Source of the DNA: Cirrosporium novae-zelandiae
Taxonomy: Eukaryota
Direction of reading: 5' to 3'
Length of the DNA stretch: 64,000 nt
NCBI GenBank assembly: GCA_026023565.1
Contig: JAPETS010000009.1
Coordinates: 682,001-746,000, forward strand
Numbering within the stretch: the stretch's first letter is position 1; each line of letters opens with the position of its first letter. Below the pieces are notes generated by a model. The model was not told where the DNA came from. It searched no databases and was given only the letters and a program-made list of their open reading frames with translations. Positions 63,643 through 64,000 of this stretch are shown here, piece by piece. A program made the translations under genes and the position numbers.

Positions 63643-64000
63643 TTTTGGAGCAGTTATATATGGTTCTGGTTCTAGTTCTGGTTGCTAGATTTGGCTTGGA
63701 GTTTTTTTGTAGAGTTTGAAAGACTGAGAGATAGTTAGAATGGGGATATACTTAATGTGAGTGACAGAAGATAATTGTCGAGTTGAGGGAAAGTAAGTAC
63801 ATGTATAGGGCGATCAAGATGAGGAATCGATGACGTAGGGGGTAAACAGTGGAAGGTTTCACCACCTGCTACCGAATTGTTAGCCGTCCCGATTCAAGGG
63901 AGTATTGCTTTCATCATCGAAATGGGGATGATTTACTCTATGTAGGTACCTAGTTAGGATCAATGGTTGGGGAGGTTTCCTCAATCATGGTCATCCAAAT

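Noticed and set aside
1..64000. tRNA, rRNA, transposons, telomeric arrays
   Set aside because: No T-loop/cloverleaf, rRNA-like stretch, transposase/RT ORF, LTR/TIR pair or (TTAGGG)n array recognised by eye; a covariance-model scan would be needed to exclude small RNAs.

Overview
Eukaryotic, intron-containing DNA from a filamentous ascomycete (Pezizomycotina-type 47-200 nt introns with CTRAY branch points). I could build 18 protein-coding genes, with every spliced model closing in frame: SEC18/NSF, a LENG1/Cir_N protein, MSS116/CYT-19-type helicase, a GPI-type SUN protein, an unknown conserved protein, uaY/PPR1-type Zn2Cys6 regulator, an MFS transporter, MTG2, a cytosine-deaminase-like amidohydrolase, SWI/SNF-RSC Ssr3/Snf12, a PTH11-like membrane protein, a giant GH10 xylanase, RPS28 (absent from the ORF track), a GH3 glycosidase, SNU23, SPT3, DPH5 and bli-3. 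Intergenic DNA is rich in microsatellites. I saw no tRNA, rRNA, transposon or CRISPR. The most unusual element is a ~1904-aa secreted GH10 enzyme with a ~1550-aa Ser/Thr/Ala/Val tail built from two Cys-containing repeat families and no GPI signal. Smaller signals include a cryptic PTS1 (RRKARL) behind the amidohydrolase stop, a TAG-TAG acceptor in DPH5 whose proximal site would insert a stop, a uORF whose stop overlaps the uaY ATG, a repeated DxGGLL motif in the PTH11-like tail, and XlnR-like sites upstream of the GH3 gene. Family assignments come from motif recognition by eye, not from database searches.
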